Shown: positions 1 through 10,265, counted from the first letter of the stretch. The stretch is 64,000 nucleotides of DNA from an uncultured Candidatus Saccharibacteria bacterium (GCA_964415895.1 CAYQCC010000004.1:243-64242), one strand, 5' to 3'. A program made the numbers and translations. Notes: generated by a model from the sequence alone, not told the origin.

Positions 1-68
1 ATACTTAATTTAGTTAGATATGGAGACCCGCCCTTTATGGCCACTTACTCGACGTAAGGGCCTTTCTT

Positions 69-677
69 TTACCTATTTTCTATTGAATGGACATGCATTT
101 GAGTATCAACTAAAATGCGTTCGATCAGTTTTTCAACAGATTTCTGGTTTTGAACCACATATTCAAAGGTTTTTCCACCAATCGAAAGTACATCATCTGT
201 CCAATCCGAGTTCCAGTACCCCAAAATCCCAAGTATTCGCAATTGTACTACTAGTGTGAGAATTCGAGCGTTTTCATCACTTGTTTCCCTATTAAGAATG
301 TGGGTCACGTAGGTTTCATAGGCAGAAAAGACTTCTGGGATAGAAATTCCACTTGGAACAAGCTTCTGGATCATCGAAAAGCTTTGTCGGATCAACATTT
401 TACGGTGTTTCGGAAATCCAGATAATAATCCGTAAACAGGTTTCCATTCTGAAATTCCTGTACATCGGTAATAGTGTTTTCCTTCCACGCAATCTATCAT
501 TACAAAACCGAACATTGTAACCATCATGCGGTGCTTATTCTGAATTTTCTTGGCACCTTGAATATGAACATAGATTCGTCCCAAGTCGCGTGTCAAACAT
601 TCCGCGATTACTGACTCCTCGCCTTCGGGAAAGATATTCATAATGATTCCAAGGGTGGAATGGATTTGGTGAGACAT
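69..677 (-). CDS. RecO-like DNA repair/recombination protein (tentative)
   Basis: 202 aa. N-terminal OB-like segment GIIMNIFPEGEESVIAECLTRDLGRIYVHIQGAKK and a helical C-terminus resemble RecO. No clear Zn-finger. Confidence 0.4.
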   Translation of the reverse strand: MSHQIHSTLGIIMNIFPEGEESVIAECLTRDLGRIYVHIQGAKKIQNKHRMMVTMFGFVMIDCVEGKHYYRCTGISEWKPVYGLLSGFPKHRKMLIRQSFSMIQKLVPSGISIPEVFSAYETYVTHILNRETSDENARILTLVVQLRILGILGYWNSDWTDDVLSIGGKTFEYVVQNQKSVEKLIERILVDTQMHVHSIENR

Positions 678-734
678 ACTATAATCAGTATACCATCCGT
701 ATAGGAAATCAAAAAAGCCATGATAGCTTTTTAC

Positions 735-1532
735 TTATAGTAAATTCCTGAATAGCATAACAACCGTAATCGGACCAACGCCGCCTGGAACAGGCGTTAT
801 ATAGGACGCAATTTCGGCACATGAAGGATCGATGTCTCCCGAAAGTTTTCCAGATTGTTCACTGGTTCCTGCGTCGATTAATATAACACCTTGTTTTATC
901 ATGTCTGATTTTATTAAATGAGGAATACCTACTCCTGAAATAATCACGTCTGCATCCTTAATTAATGCGTTTCGCACGTGTTCGTCTGTGCCCTTATTAA
1001 CAACATCAAATGAAATAGCGTCATGGGAAAGCATCATGCCGACAGGTTCACCAACAAGTTTTCCGTTTCCGATCAGTAATACCTTTTTATTATTTAGATC
1101 AATAGACTTGAAAATTTCATCAACAGCAGCGGCAACTGGCGGAGCCTTGTGCGAACTTGAATTCTTGTAATTTAATTTTGCTTGGTCACCCAAAACATCG
1201 ATATCTAATTCTGCAGGAATACTGTTTAAGATAAGTTCAGTATTTATACCAACCGGCAATGGCAATTGAATGATGATTCCGTCATATGATTCGGAAATAA
1301 TCTCTGCAATCTTTTCAAGAGCTATTTCAGTGGAGGTAACATCCTCGTACTGAAATGTTTCTGTATCGATTCCAATACGAGCCGCAACACGTGACTTGAT
1401 TCCAATGAATTGAATACTTGACGCGTCATTTCCAAATAATACAAAAGCAACCCGCTTTTTTGGAAAACTCGATAATTCCTGCGCGAGATCTTGCTCCAAC
1501 ATCTTTGCAATTTGACGTCCGTCAATAATCAT
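735..1532 (-). CDS. folD: Bifunctional 5,10-methylene-tetrahydrofolate dehydrogenase/cyclohydrolase
   Basis: 265 aa. N-terminal ILDGK-like MIIDGRQIA, NAD(P) fold, and C-terminal PGGVGPITVVML motif typical of FolD. Confidence 0.9.
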   Translation of the reverse strand: MIIDGRQIAKMLEQDLAQELSSFPKKRVAFVLFGNDASSIQFIGIKSRVAARIGIDTETFQYEDVTSTEIALEKIAEIISESYDGIIIQLPLPVGINTELILNSIPAELDIDVLGDQAKLNYKNSSSHKAPPVAAAVDEIFKSIDLNNKKVLLIGNGKLVGEPVGMMLSHDAISFDVVNKGTDEHVRNALIKDADVIISGVGIPHLIKSDMIKQGVILIDAGTSEQSGKLSGDIDPSCAEIASYITPVPGGVGPITVVMLFRNLL

Positions 1533-1600
1533 AAGAAGCTGACTATATCAGAAAAACATTTTTTGGGGAACAATCCCTGTTAATTTGATATACTATTGAC

Positions 1601-1918
1601 ATGAAGACATTCAGTGAAAAAATCGTCGAGCTGGCGCTTTCCATTCCAAAGGGCAAAGTCAGTACCTATGGTCATCTGGCGCGTCGTGCTGGCGGCGGTG
1701 GGCAAGCTGCGCGTGCAGTAACAGCAATACTTGGCAAAGCGTACGAACGCGGCGAAAAAGGAATTCCCTTTCATAGAATCGTATACGCGGGCGGGCGTGT
1801 TTGGGCGAATGAAACGTATCGCGGACAACGCATGAAATTATATAAAGAAGAAGGAATTGAAACCGACAACAAAGGATTCATTATTGATTTTGAAGATAAG
1901 TTGTGGAATTTTAAGTAA
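1601..1918 (+). CDS. MGMT-family DNA-binding domain protein lacking the active-site Cys (alkyltransferase-like, ATL)
   Basis: 105 aa. GKVSTYGHLA...GQAARAVTAIL...IPFHRIV matches the O6-methylguanine methyltransferase C-terminal domain, but the PCHR Cys is replaced by Phe. Confidence 0.6.
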   Translation: MKTFSEKIVELALSIPKGKVSTYGHLARRAGGGGQAARAVTAILGKAYERGEKGIPFHRIVYAGGRVWANETYRGQRMKLYKEEGIETDNKGFIIDFEDKLWNFK

Positions 1919-1940
1919 CATAAAAAGCCGTAATGGCTTT

Positions 1941-4900
1941 TTATTGTTTCTCTACTTTATTTTCTGCACTTGCCCAAACAATATTTTCCGCACCAACTGT
2001 TGAAAGTAGTTCGTCTTTCAATTCACTATTAGAAAACCATTGTGGCTCTGGAATTTCAAGGTGAGCAACAACTCGGTCAGATGGCATAAGATCTGCATCT
2101 TTTCGCATATCCTGGATCTGGCGAACCAAATCTCGCATGTCGCCTTCATCACGCAATGTGTCTGTGATTTCTGTGTCAAGTTCTACTGTTCCCTTTTCGA
2201 GTGTTTCCTTTACAACAACTTCTTTTACGTTCAATTCGTCTTTCACAATATCCAAGTAATCACTTGGAAGATCTGATTGTGAAATGAATAATGTTGCCAG
2301 TGGCTGTCGAACTTTTACATTTGATTTTTGTCGCGTTTCAAGTCCGAGCGTTACGATGTCGCGTACTGACTGCATTGGTACAAGCGTATCAGCAACCAAT
2401 GAAAAATCTCTCTTGTTATCAATCCAGTATTCCAAATGAACTGAAATTTCATCACGATCTTCATATCTCACCTTTGCAAATATTTCCTCTGCAATAAACG
2501 GCGTAAATGGCGCCATAGTAATCGCAATATTGCGCAAAATTAACCGCGTCACAACCAGCGCATCAATTCGATCCTGATCATTATCAGACTTGAAACGATC
2601 ACGACTGCGACGGATATACCATGTTGAAAGTTCGTTTATAAATTCACGGATTGCGCGCGCAGGCGTTAAAATATCATATGATTCCAGTCCTGTAGTGACG
2701 ATCTCTGCTAGTTCCTCATATTTTGCCAAGATCCACTTATCGAGAACATTTGTACTGTCATATGCATTGCGCTCGTTAGGACTAGGAAGTTGTGCTGGTT
2801 TATACATTTCATAAAAGCTCACAACATTCATCAGCGGATTAAATACTTTCTTCTTTACTTCATCGAGCGACTTCTCATCAAAGTTCTTTGTTTCACCTGG
2901 TTGGTTCACGCTATAGAACCAGAATCGTGCAACATCCGCTCCGTATTTCTCGAATACTTCCCATGGAGATACAATATTCCCTTTTGACTTTGACATCTTC
3001 GTTCCATCTGCTGCCATCAACAACCCCAAACAAATTACATTTTTATAATTGTTTGTCGGATTGTCATTTAGCAAGTTTGCAATTGCGTGCATGGTATAAA
3101 ACCATCCGCGCGTTTGGTCAACTCCTTCAGAAATGTAATCTGCTGGCAAAGGTTTAAAATCAATTGGCTCACCTAACATATGATTCTGCGCATATGCCAT
3201 TGCACCTGAATCAAACCATACATCCATAATTGCAGACGTACGTGTTAATTTTTCTCCATCAAGCTCGAGTTGAACTTGATCAATATATGGCTTGTGAAAA
3301 TCAAGTTCGTACTGTTCGTTTCTTGGAAGCAATGTGTAATTAATTTCTCGTATTTCTGCATTTTTAAAATTATTGTAGCTTCCTGGAACTTTTATCAAAT
3401 CAGCAAATGTAAATCCTTCCACAATCATTTCGATTGAACGAAGTGAGCTTCCATGTCCAACGATTAAAATATTTTTTCCTTGGTATGTCTTTTCAAATTC
3501 TTCCAACATATGACCAACGCGCGCAATCACCTCTTGGAATGATTCTGCGCCTTCGGATTTGAACGTGTATCGATTTTCCGCAGCATTACGAGCCTGGAAA
3601 AACAATTCTAAATCCTTCCATTGAAATTCTGGTCCGACATTCCATTCCAACATTCGATCGTCAGTTATAATTGCATTTTCATCCATTCCAAGAGTACTGG
3701 CAACGATTTTTGCAGTTTCCTGTGCACGAACGATTGGTGACGCAATGATTAGATCAATCTTTTTACCCTTAAGTGACTCTGCAGATTCAACAACCTGTGT
3801 TTGTCCCAGTTCTGTCAGATGATTATCAGGATTATTTGCAAAATCCCATACACCATATTTAAATCCACCCTCGATATTGCTTTGAGCTTGTCCATGACGC
3901 ATTAGTAAATATTTGTTTCCAGACTTCTTGGAATATTTTTTGATATCTTCAAGTGAGCCGATAACAACGCGCTTTGAAGCATCTGCGGTTTCCCATACAG
4001 GAATCGGAGTTCCCCAGTAACGTTCGCGGGAAATTGCCCAGTCTTTTATTCCATCAAGCCATTCGCCAAAGCGTCCCTCTTTGATATGGTCCGGCTCCCA
4101 GTTGACGTTCTCGTTTGCTGCGAGAAGCTTCTCTCGCAATGAAGACATGCGGAAATACCATGACCCGCGTGCGTAATACAACAAAGGCGTATTACATCGC
4201 CAGCAGTGCGGATAGCTGTGCAAGTAGTTTTCTTTCTTAAACAGTAAATTTCTGTCTGTTAGGTCATTGATGATATCGATCGCAAGTGTCGGCTTTCCAG
4301 ATTCATCACTTTGTTTTACATAGCGACCTGACAATTTTAGTGTATCTGTATCGCATCCGCTGAGATACTTTCCTTCCTCATTAACGACATGGAACTTTGG
4401 CAAATTATATTTCGTTCCGAGTTCAAAATCGTCCGCTCCGTACATGGGCGCAATATGAACGATTCCGGTTCCGTCAGTCGTCGTCACGAAATCTGCAGCA
4501 TACACCTGGAATGCGTTTTCAAGTTTTGATTTTTGATCTGCTGGAAGTAAGTTTGAAAGAAATGGAAAAAGTGGTTCGTATTTCAGACCAACTAAATCTT
4601 TTCCTTTAAAATTAGCTACGCATATTGATTTAAAAATATAATCATCTTCGTTCGAAGTTCCTTTTCTCTGTTCAATTCTCAAACCTATTGGATAATCAGC
4701 ACGTTCTGGAACATTTGGAAAACCGAATACTTTATGTACTAAATTAGAAGCTAAAATATAACGACCTGTTGGGATTGAGTCACTTTTAATAACGTCCCAA
4801 GCAGAATATTCAATCTCGCCCCCAACAGCAAGCGCAACATTTCCTGGAAGCGTCCATGGAGTGGTTGTCCAAGCTAGAATATGAGTACTATCGTCAATTT

Positions 4901-5609
4901 CAAATTCTCCAATTTTCCGTCCTTGTTCTACTTTAAATTTCACATATGCCGTCACATCTTTCACGTCTTGATATGCACCTGGCTGATTCAATTCATGACT
5001 AGATAAAGCTGTTCCGCATCGTGGACACCATGGAAGAATTTTAAAATCTTTAAATATCAAGTCGTTTCCTGCAGTATCTTTTCGTTCAGAAACTTTCTTA
5101 ACAATTCCCCACAAAGCCTCGATATATCCATTTTCATAAGTAATATACGGACGCTCCATATCCAACCAATAACCCATACGGTCAGTTAACGTTTCCCATT
5201 CATGTTTATATTCCCAAACACTTTCTTTACATTTTTTATTATATGCAGCCACACCGTATACTTCAATTTCCTTTTTTGATTTCAATCCCAGTTGTTTTTC
5301 AACTTGAAGTTCCACTGGAAGTCCGTGCGTATCCCAACCGGCTTTTCGTTGCACATTAAATCCACGCATTGTTTTAAAACGCGGAATAATATCTTTGAAC
5401 GAACGAGCGCCGACATGGTGAATTCCTGGTCGACCATTTGCTGTCGGCGGTCCTTCAAAGAACACGAAGTCACCTTGTGTAGATTCCTTTGCAAGAGTCT
5501 TATTGAAAATCTGATTGTCTTTCCAGTACTGCAAAATTGCCTCTTCGCGAAGTGCGGTTTCTGATTTTTCCAGATTTTCTGGAATGAAATTGTTTGGGTT
5601 TGAGTTCAT
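1941..5609 (-). CDS. ileS: Isoleucyl-tRNA synthetase with an in-frame histidine-phosphatase (PGAM-like) insertion
   Basis: HIGH-type motif PGIHHVGARS, KMSKS motif KMSKSKGN, editing-domain motifs. Likely start is at MNSNPNN (5609), not the ORF-track start 5717. About 190 aa (nt ~3342-3917) carry LLMRHGQAQSN and LIVGHGSSLRS histidine-phosphatase motifs, inserted between the WISRERYWGTPIP and DVWFDSG blocks. Confidence 0.95.
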   Translation of the reverse strand: MNSNPNNFIPENLEKSETALREEAILQYWKDNQIFNKTLAKESTQGDFVFFEGPPTANGRPGIHHVGARSFKDIIPRFKTMRGFNVQRKAGWDTHGLPVELQVEKQLGLKSKKEIEVYGVAAYNKKCKESVWEYKHEWETLTDRMGYWLDMERPYITYENGYIEALWGIVKKVSERKDTAGNDLIFKDFKILPWCPRCGTALSSHELNQPGAYQDVKDVTAYVKFKVEQGRKIGEFEIDDSTHILAWTTTPWTLPGNVALAVGGEIEYSAWDVIKSDSIPTGRYILASNLVHKVFGFPNVPERADYPIGLRIEQRKGTSNEDDYIFKSICVANFKGKDLVGLKYEPLFPFLSNLLPADQKSKLENAFQVYAADFVTTTDGTGIVHIAPMYGADDFELGTKYNLPKFHVVNEEGKYLSGCDTDTLKLSGRYVKQSDESGKPTLAIDIINDLTDRNLLFKKENYLHSYPHCWRCNTPLLYYARGSWYFRMSSLREKLLAANENVNWEPDHIKEGRFGEWLDGIKDWAISRERYWGTPIPVWETADASKRVVIGSLEDIKKYSKKSGNKYLLMRHGQAQSNIEGGFKYGVWDFANNPDNHLTELGQTQVVESAESLKGKKIDLIIASPIVRAQETAKIVASTLGMDENAIITDDRMLEWNVGPEFQWKDLELFFQARNAAENRYTFKSEGAESFQEVIARVGHMLEEFEKTYQGKNILIVGHGSSLRSIEMIVEGFTFADLIKVPGSYNNFKNAEIREINYTLLPRNEQYELDFHKPYIDQVQLELDGEKLTRTSAIMDVWFDSGAMAYAQNHMLGEPIDFKPLPADYISEGVDQTRGWFYTMHAIANLLNDNPTNNYKNVICLGLLMAADGTKMSKSKGNIVSPWEVFEKYGADVARFWFYSVNQPGETKNFDEKSLDEVKKKVFNPLMNVVSFYEMYKPAQLPSPNERNAYDSTNVLDKWILAKYEELAEIVTTGLESYDILTPARAIREFINELSTWYIRRSRDRFKSDNDQDRIDALVVTRLILRNIAITMAPFTPFIAEEIFAKVRYEDRDEISVHLEYWIDNKRDFSLVADTLVPMQSVRDIVTLGLETRQKSNVKVRQPLATLFISQSDLPSDYLDIVKDELNVKEVVVKETLEKGTVELDTEITDTLRDEGDMRDLVRQIQDMRKDADLMPSDRVVAHLEIPEPQWFSNSELKDELLSTVGAENIVWASAENKVEKQ

Positions 5610-5611
5610 AA

Positions 5612-5900
5612 TAATAAATTGAAGCTTATAAATTGGGTAACGAAAAAAACTCGTCTCTGCGCGCGGCAAAAGTGCCGTGAGCAAGGACGAGTTTTCTGTA
5701 AGAAATCGTGGTACCACCTTGGTTTGAAGCGGGAAAATTGCGAAGCAATTTTCCCGCTTCCTTATTGCAGCTGTGACAGGCTTACCTGTTGGATTCTACG
5801 TCCGTTCAAAGCGGATTTCTTTCCAAAGCTCCAGAGTGATTAGCTCTTTCATAGCGTCGTGGAATGAGTATAGCACAGATTGGCAAGGATTCAAGACAGT
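5612..5900 (-). promoter_or_regulatory. T-box riboswitch leader (terminator/antiterminator) and promoter upstream of ileS
   Basis: Minus strand contains a T-box-like aaccaaGGTGGTACCacg sequence, then a terminator hairpin ctcgtc...gacgag plus U-run just upstream of the ileS ATG. There is a perfect stem gaagcgggaaaattgc/gcaattttcccgcttc. Candidate sigma70 promoter TTGAAT-16nt-TATACT near 5865-5895. Confidence 0.55.
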
Positions 5901-5919
5901 ATGATATACTTATACCATT

Positions 5920-6105
5920 ATGAATATCATCACAGCCGTATTATTTATATTTATCGTGTGTGTCGTCTTGATTTCTATTGCCTTGATTTGGCACTGGAAA
6001 AAGTTTATGCCAGAATCTGGAAAAGGAGCAGGAATCTTTACGATCTACATGCTTGGACTTGCCGTACTTATTATGGCGCTCTTTACTACTATTAGCGCTT
6101 TGTAA
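5920..6105 (+). CDS. Small two-TM membrane protein, hypothetical
   Basis: 61 aa, two hydrophobic helices. Confidence 0.3.
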   Translation: MNIITAVLFIFIVCVVLISIALIWHWKKFMPESGKGAGIFTIYMLGLAVLIMALFTTISAL

Positions 6106-6120
6106 TTAATAATATATATT

Positions 6121-6648
6121 ATGAAAACTTTTGAACTTGGACAAGACGAACATATCGTCGCAATATTCCGCAAACACCCATTTTATATTTGGATTTCAAT
6201 TGCAAAATATATTTTAATTGCAGTACTACCTGCACTTGCAAGTGCGTTTATTGGAAACATTCTTGGTGATTATTCTGAATATGCATTTGCAGCATATCTG
6301 ATATTTCTAATCATTCTTTGGATCTCCTTTTTTATCGAGTACACAGACTTTATGTTAGACACATGGGTTCTGACTAACGAGCGATTAGTAGATGTCGATC
6401 AGCTTTCGCTATTTTCTCGACGTATTTCAACATTATCTCTTGATCGAATTCAGGATATTACTATTCAGCAAATTGGATTTGTGGATACCATGCTTGGTAT
6501 TGGAACTGTCTTTATCCAAACCGCTGGAGCCGAGGACGAATTTAAAATCCTCGGCATGCGAGATCCAGGCCACGTGAAAGACATTATTATGCAGACGTAT
6601 CAGGCAAGTAAGGATCGTGTATTTGAAAAGATTGCAGAATTGCGCTAG
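6121..6648 (+). CDS. Membrane protein with bacterial PH-like (YdbT/DUF304-type) domain
   Basis: 175 aa. Two N-terminal TM helices followed by a beta-rich domain typical of membrane-anchored bPH proteins. Confidence 0.45.
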   Translation: MKTFELGQDEHIVAIFRKHPFYIWISIAKYILIAVLPALASAFIGNILGDYSEYAFAAYLIFLIILWISFFIEYTDFMLDTWVLTNERLVDVDQLSLFSRRISTLSLDRIQDITIQQIGFVDTMLGIGTVFIQTAGAEDEFKILGMRDPGHVKDIIMQTYQASKDRVFEKIAELR

Positions 6649-6778
6649 GAGTACTACTTTACTTGCATAAAGCACCATTGTGTGCGATACTACGCGTATG
6701 TATTTCTTGTGCCCGGCCGTGTAAACGTCAGTGCTGATTAATACGGTCGAGTTTTTTATATGGATATCTCTCCAAACT

Positions 6779-7123
6779 ATGTCAAATAATTTGTATGTAA
6801 GTTCCCTAGCTTGGGCAACTACTGATGAATCTTTGCGTGATTACTTTGCCACTATCGGTGAAGTAAAAAGCGCTAGTGTAATCAAGGACAAAATGTCAGG
6901 ACGTTCACGTGGATTCGGATTCGTAGAAATGGCAACAGAAGAAGACGCTGCTAAAGCTGTCGAAATGTTGAATGATACAGATCTAGAAGGCCGCACAATT
7001 CGAGTTGCAATCGCGCAACCTCGAGAAGAACGACCTCGACGTGAGTTCAATAACGGTCCTCGAGAAGGTGGATACAATGGTGGAAATCGTGACGAACGAT
7101 CAAACCATTCATCTTCTTACTAA
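6779..7123 (+). CDS. RRM-type RNA-binding protein with Gly/Arg-rich tail
   Basis: RNP2 LYVSSL, RNP1 RGFGFVEM, and a C-terminal RGG/NGG-rich tail. Start taken at MSNNLYV. Confidence 0.8.
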   Translation: MSNNLYVSSLAWATTDESLRDYFATIGEVKSASVIKDKMSGRSRGFGFVEMATEEDAAKAVEMLNDTDLEGRTIRVAIAQPREERPRREFNNGPREGGYNGGNRDERSNHSSSY

Positions 7124-7136
7124 GGCTGAAAACAAT

Positions 7137-7160
7137 TAACTGCTGAAAGGCAGTTTTTTG
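7137..7160 (+). terminator. Putative intrinsic terminator
   Basis: aactgctgaaaggcagtttttt: short GC stem plus T-run after the RRM gene. Confidence 0.4.
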
Positions 7161-7229
7161 TTATCTCCATTTTTGTATATGAAAACAGCTACCGAGATTG
7201 GTAACTGTTTATAAATCTTTTTTAAAACA

Positions 7230-8345
7230 TTAAATTGTAATTTTAATTGCTTCAAGGAGCTTATTGCTCAGACTTTCGGCTGATGACAAGCTAATAGTAG
7301 CACCTGCTGCATTCCCATGCCCGCTTCCACCAAAGCGCTCCGCAAGTCTTAATGCAAATCCGTCAGCAGACCGGTAGGACCTGATGCTTAGCCGATATGT
7401 ACCCTTTGGTTCTGTTAGAAGATGAACACCTATTATAAGTACGTTAATTCCACCATATTCTGATAATGCCTCAATTCCCGTATGCGTATCAACGGATTGT
7501 GGAGCCGACGCTTCATGCCTCATTTCTTTGTCCAATACGAATCTAAGTTCGCCTGCAGCAATCACGTCATCCTGGTTCAATATGCTGATTCCGAAACCAG
7601 TTTGAGCAATATGATAAACGTGCAGATTTTCTAAAATCTTCTTTCTGGTCGACAATTCGTAAAAACTGCCGGACACATTCATCTCATCGATAATGCTCGT
7701 CGATTTGCTGATTTCGTACAGCATGGCAAACAGAGCAAGCGCTTCCGGATTCTTTGACGAATTAGCGAACTTGTCAGTATCGGTCCAGATACCGACCTGT
7801 AGCAACTCGCACACTTGGTGCGTTAGAAGTGCTTGGTTATGCAGGTACAGCATTTTTGCCAAGATGTGGCATGTTGAGGATGCGTCAGTCTCAATGAACT
7901 TATTAGAATCATCAATAAAGAACATATTATTCCTATCATGATGATCAATAGCAATGACTTTCTTTCCCTTTCCAACAAATGACACTATCTCTGCATCCTT
8001 AACACCGATTCGGTCATAACTTGAACAATCAAGGATAACCAAGGTATCAGGCTTGGAATACCGATCGTACATGTATTCGTATATGCTTTTGTCCGTAACA
8101 TTGTGCTTTTGAATGTATTCAGACAAATAGGTAAATTTGCTCTGAGCTCCTGACGGACCCCACAGCATGGTTACCTTTTTCCCAAGCGAAGTTAATACTT
8201 CAGCCAAGGCAAGATTGCTCGCAAGACTATCCGCATCGGGATACTGGTGACATGAAAGCAAGAAATGTGTACCCGAGTCGATCATTCTTTGAAAGAAAGA
8301 TTTGTACTTAGATGTTTCTGCGACTGTGAATGTTAGTTCTACCAT
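7230..8345 (-). CDS. DHH/DHHA1 phosphoesterase (NrnA-like oligoribonuclease/pAp phosphatase)
   Basis: Motifs HQYPDADSLAS, IAIDHHD, and GGGH in the DHHA1 region. Confidence 0.75.
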   Translation of the reverse strand: MVELTFTVAETSKYKSFFQRMIDSGTHFLLSCHQYPDADSLASNLALAEVLTSLGKKVTMLWGPSGAQSKFTYLSEYIQKHNVTDKSIYEYMYDRYSKPDTLVILDCSSYDRIGVKDAEIVSFVGKGKKVIAIDHHDRNNMFFIDDSNKFIETDASSTCHILAKMLYLHNQALLTHQVCELLQVGIWTDTDKFANSSKNPEALALFAMLYEISKSTSIIDEMNVSGSFYELSTRKKILENLHVYHIAQTGFGISILNQDDVIAAGELRFVLDKEMRHEASAPQSVDTHTGIEALSEYGGINVLIIGVHLLTEPKGTYRLSIRSYRSADGFALRLAERFGGSGHGNAAGATISLSSAESLSNKLLEAIKITI

Positions 8346-8435
8346 TGTTGTTGTTTATTTTTAGATTATTTCTGTGCGCACATTACCATATCAATCCATG
8401 AAGTCAAATTAAAAAACCTTCGCAGGCTTTTTAAT

Positions 8436-10265
8436 TTACATTCTGTCTGGTGCCTCAATTGCAAGTAATTGAAGACCATTTTTAATCACAATCTGGGTTG
8501 CTCGAGCTATCGCTAAACGATGTGATGACATTTCTGGATTCTCTGTATCAATAATTTTGTTCGCTCCGTAAAACGAATTGAACGATCGAGCAACTTCCAA
8601 TAAATACGTGACAATATAATTGGGCGCATATTCGGTAATTGCAGATTCGACGACTTCTGGAAATCGGTAGAGTATTTTCTCGATATCAGATATTTCGTTG
8701 CCGTCTTTTATTTCTGCTGCAATATTTTGTTCTAACCCTTTATCAAGCAACGTTTGAATTCGTGCGTGTGTATACTGCAGGTATGGTCCGGAATCACCTT
8801 CAAATGACAAACTTGTTTCTGGGTCAAAATTAATATTCATTCCAGGTTTTGCACGTAAGATTGCAAACTTGATTGCACCAATTGCGATTCTTTCACAGAC
8901 ATAATCAATATTTGCATAATTTGAATCTCGGTGCAGCATTTTTGTTTTAACCTCTAATGCAACATCTTCAATCATTTCTGCTGCTGGTGGTACACCACCC
9001 AGTCGTGACGACATCTTTTGTCCCTTGAATAACATACGCCCATGTGGAACATGCTCGCTTTTTTCTACTGCGCCATAGATTACATCTCCGTGATTCTTTT
9101 TTTCTTTCTCTATATCAGCATACGCTGCTAAAACGATGTTAAAATGAGGAATCTGTTCATGATCTGTTACAAAAATAGAAAGATCGGGACTGAATCGTTC
9201 AAACTTAAGATCTATAAGTCCAAGATCTTTTGCTTCGTATGTTGGATTGCTCTGACTGTTTATAAAAACAGAAGTATTAATATCTTTTCGCAATTCATCA
9301 GGAATATAAACAATCGCTCCTTCGCTTTTTACAAAAACAGAAGGCGTATAATCTTCTACGATTCTTTTTCCCTGAATCCCCGATTCGCTTTCAAAAATAA
9401 AGTGATCGATTTCTGTTTCGAGTTTGTCTTTAAGGAATGAAAATAGATACGTTCTAGACGCATTACTAAATTTCAAATACAAATCTGTCCACAAATATTT
9501 TTCCAGCTCATCTTTCGGATAATCTTTTGAAGTACCTAAATAATTAGAAGTATAGTCATAAAGAACGTCAGCAATTTCTTTCACTTTAGTCTTAACGTCG
9601 TCGGAATCGTCATATAAACGAGTACCTACTACATATGCATCGCCAGCAATTATTGCGTTATCAAAACCTGATTCTTCTGACATACGGCTAATAGTGAGCG
9701 AATCATAATAAAGAGCGTATACCGCCTTTGCAACACCTAAAGAAATGTCTGACGGAAATGACATGGTGGTCACCCTTGCACCACTTGCTCGCATTAAACG
9801 CACTAATGATTCGCCAATTGCATTGTTCATCATGTGCCCAATGTGAAACGGCTTGAACAGGTTTGGACTTGAATGTTCAATTAATATATTTTTACCGGCA
9901 TGTATTTCAAGATTTCCAAAACTATCTTCTGCGGTAATAATTTCTTTCATTGATTGCGTAAAGAATTCTGGAACAAGTTTAAAATTAATGAAACCAGGAC
10001 CTGCAATTTCGATAGATTCAATTTCTGGAACGTTTTGATTGTTTATCTCTGCGACAATCATTTCGGCAACTTCGCGTGGATTTTTACCCAAAGTTTTAGA
10101 TGCAGCCATGGCAACGTTGGTTGCATAATCACCGCGAGATAGATCGGTTGGATGTTCAACAACAAAAGAAACCCCTGAAATATCAAGGTTTTGTAATGCT
10201 TTTTCTATTGCTGCGCGAATACCTGTCGAAATCATAATATCCAGAGTGTAACATAAAAGCCTCAA
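8436..10265 (-). CDS. argS: Arginyl-tRNA synthetase
   Basis: Class I HIGH variant FKPFHIGHMMN and ArgRS-like anticodon-binding C-terminus. Alternative start at 10235 (MISTGIRAA). Confidence 0.9.
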   Translation of the reverse strand: MRLLCYTLDIMISTGIRAAIEKALQNLDISGVSFVVEHPTDLSRGDYATNVAMAASKTLGKNPREVAEMIVAEINNQNVPEIESIEIAGPGFINFKLVPEFFTQSMKEIITAEDSFGNLEIHAGKNILIEHSSPNLFKPFHIGHMMNNAIGESLVRLMRASGARVTTMSFPSDISLGVAKAVYALYYDSLTISRMSEESGFDNAIIAGDAYVVGTRLYDDSDDVKTKVKEIADVLYDYTSNYLGTSKDYPKDELEKYLWTDLYLKFSNASRTYLFSFLKDKLETEIDHFIFESESGIQGKRIVEDYTPSVFVKSEGAIVYIPDELRKDINTSVFINSQSNPTYEAKDLGLIDLKFERFSPDLSIFVTDHEQIPHFNIVLAAYADIEKEKKNHGDVIYGAVEKSEHVPHGRMLFKGQKMSSRLGGVPPAAEMIEDVALEVKTKMLHRDSNYANIDYVCERIAIGAIKFAILRAKPGMNINFDPETSLSFEGDSGPYLQYTHARIQTLLDKGLEQNIAAEIKDGNEISDIEKILYRFPEVVESAITEYAPNYIVTYLLEVARSFNSFYGANKIIDTENPEMSSHRLAIARATQIVIKNGLQLLAIEAPDRM

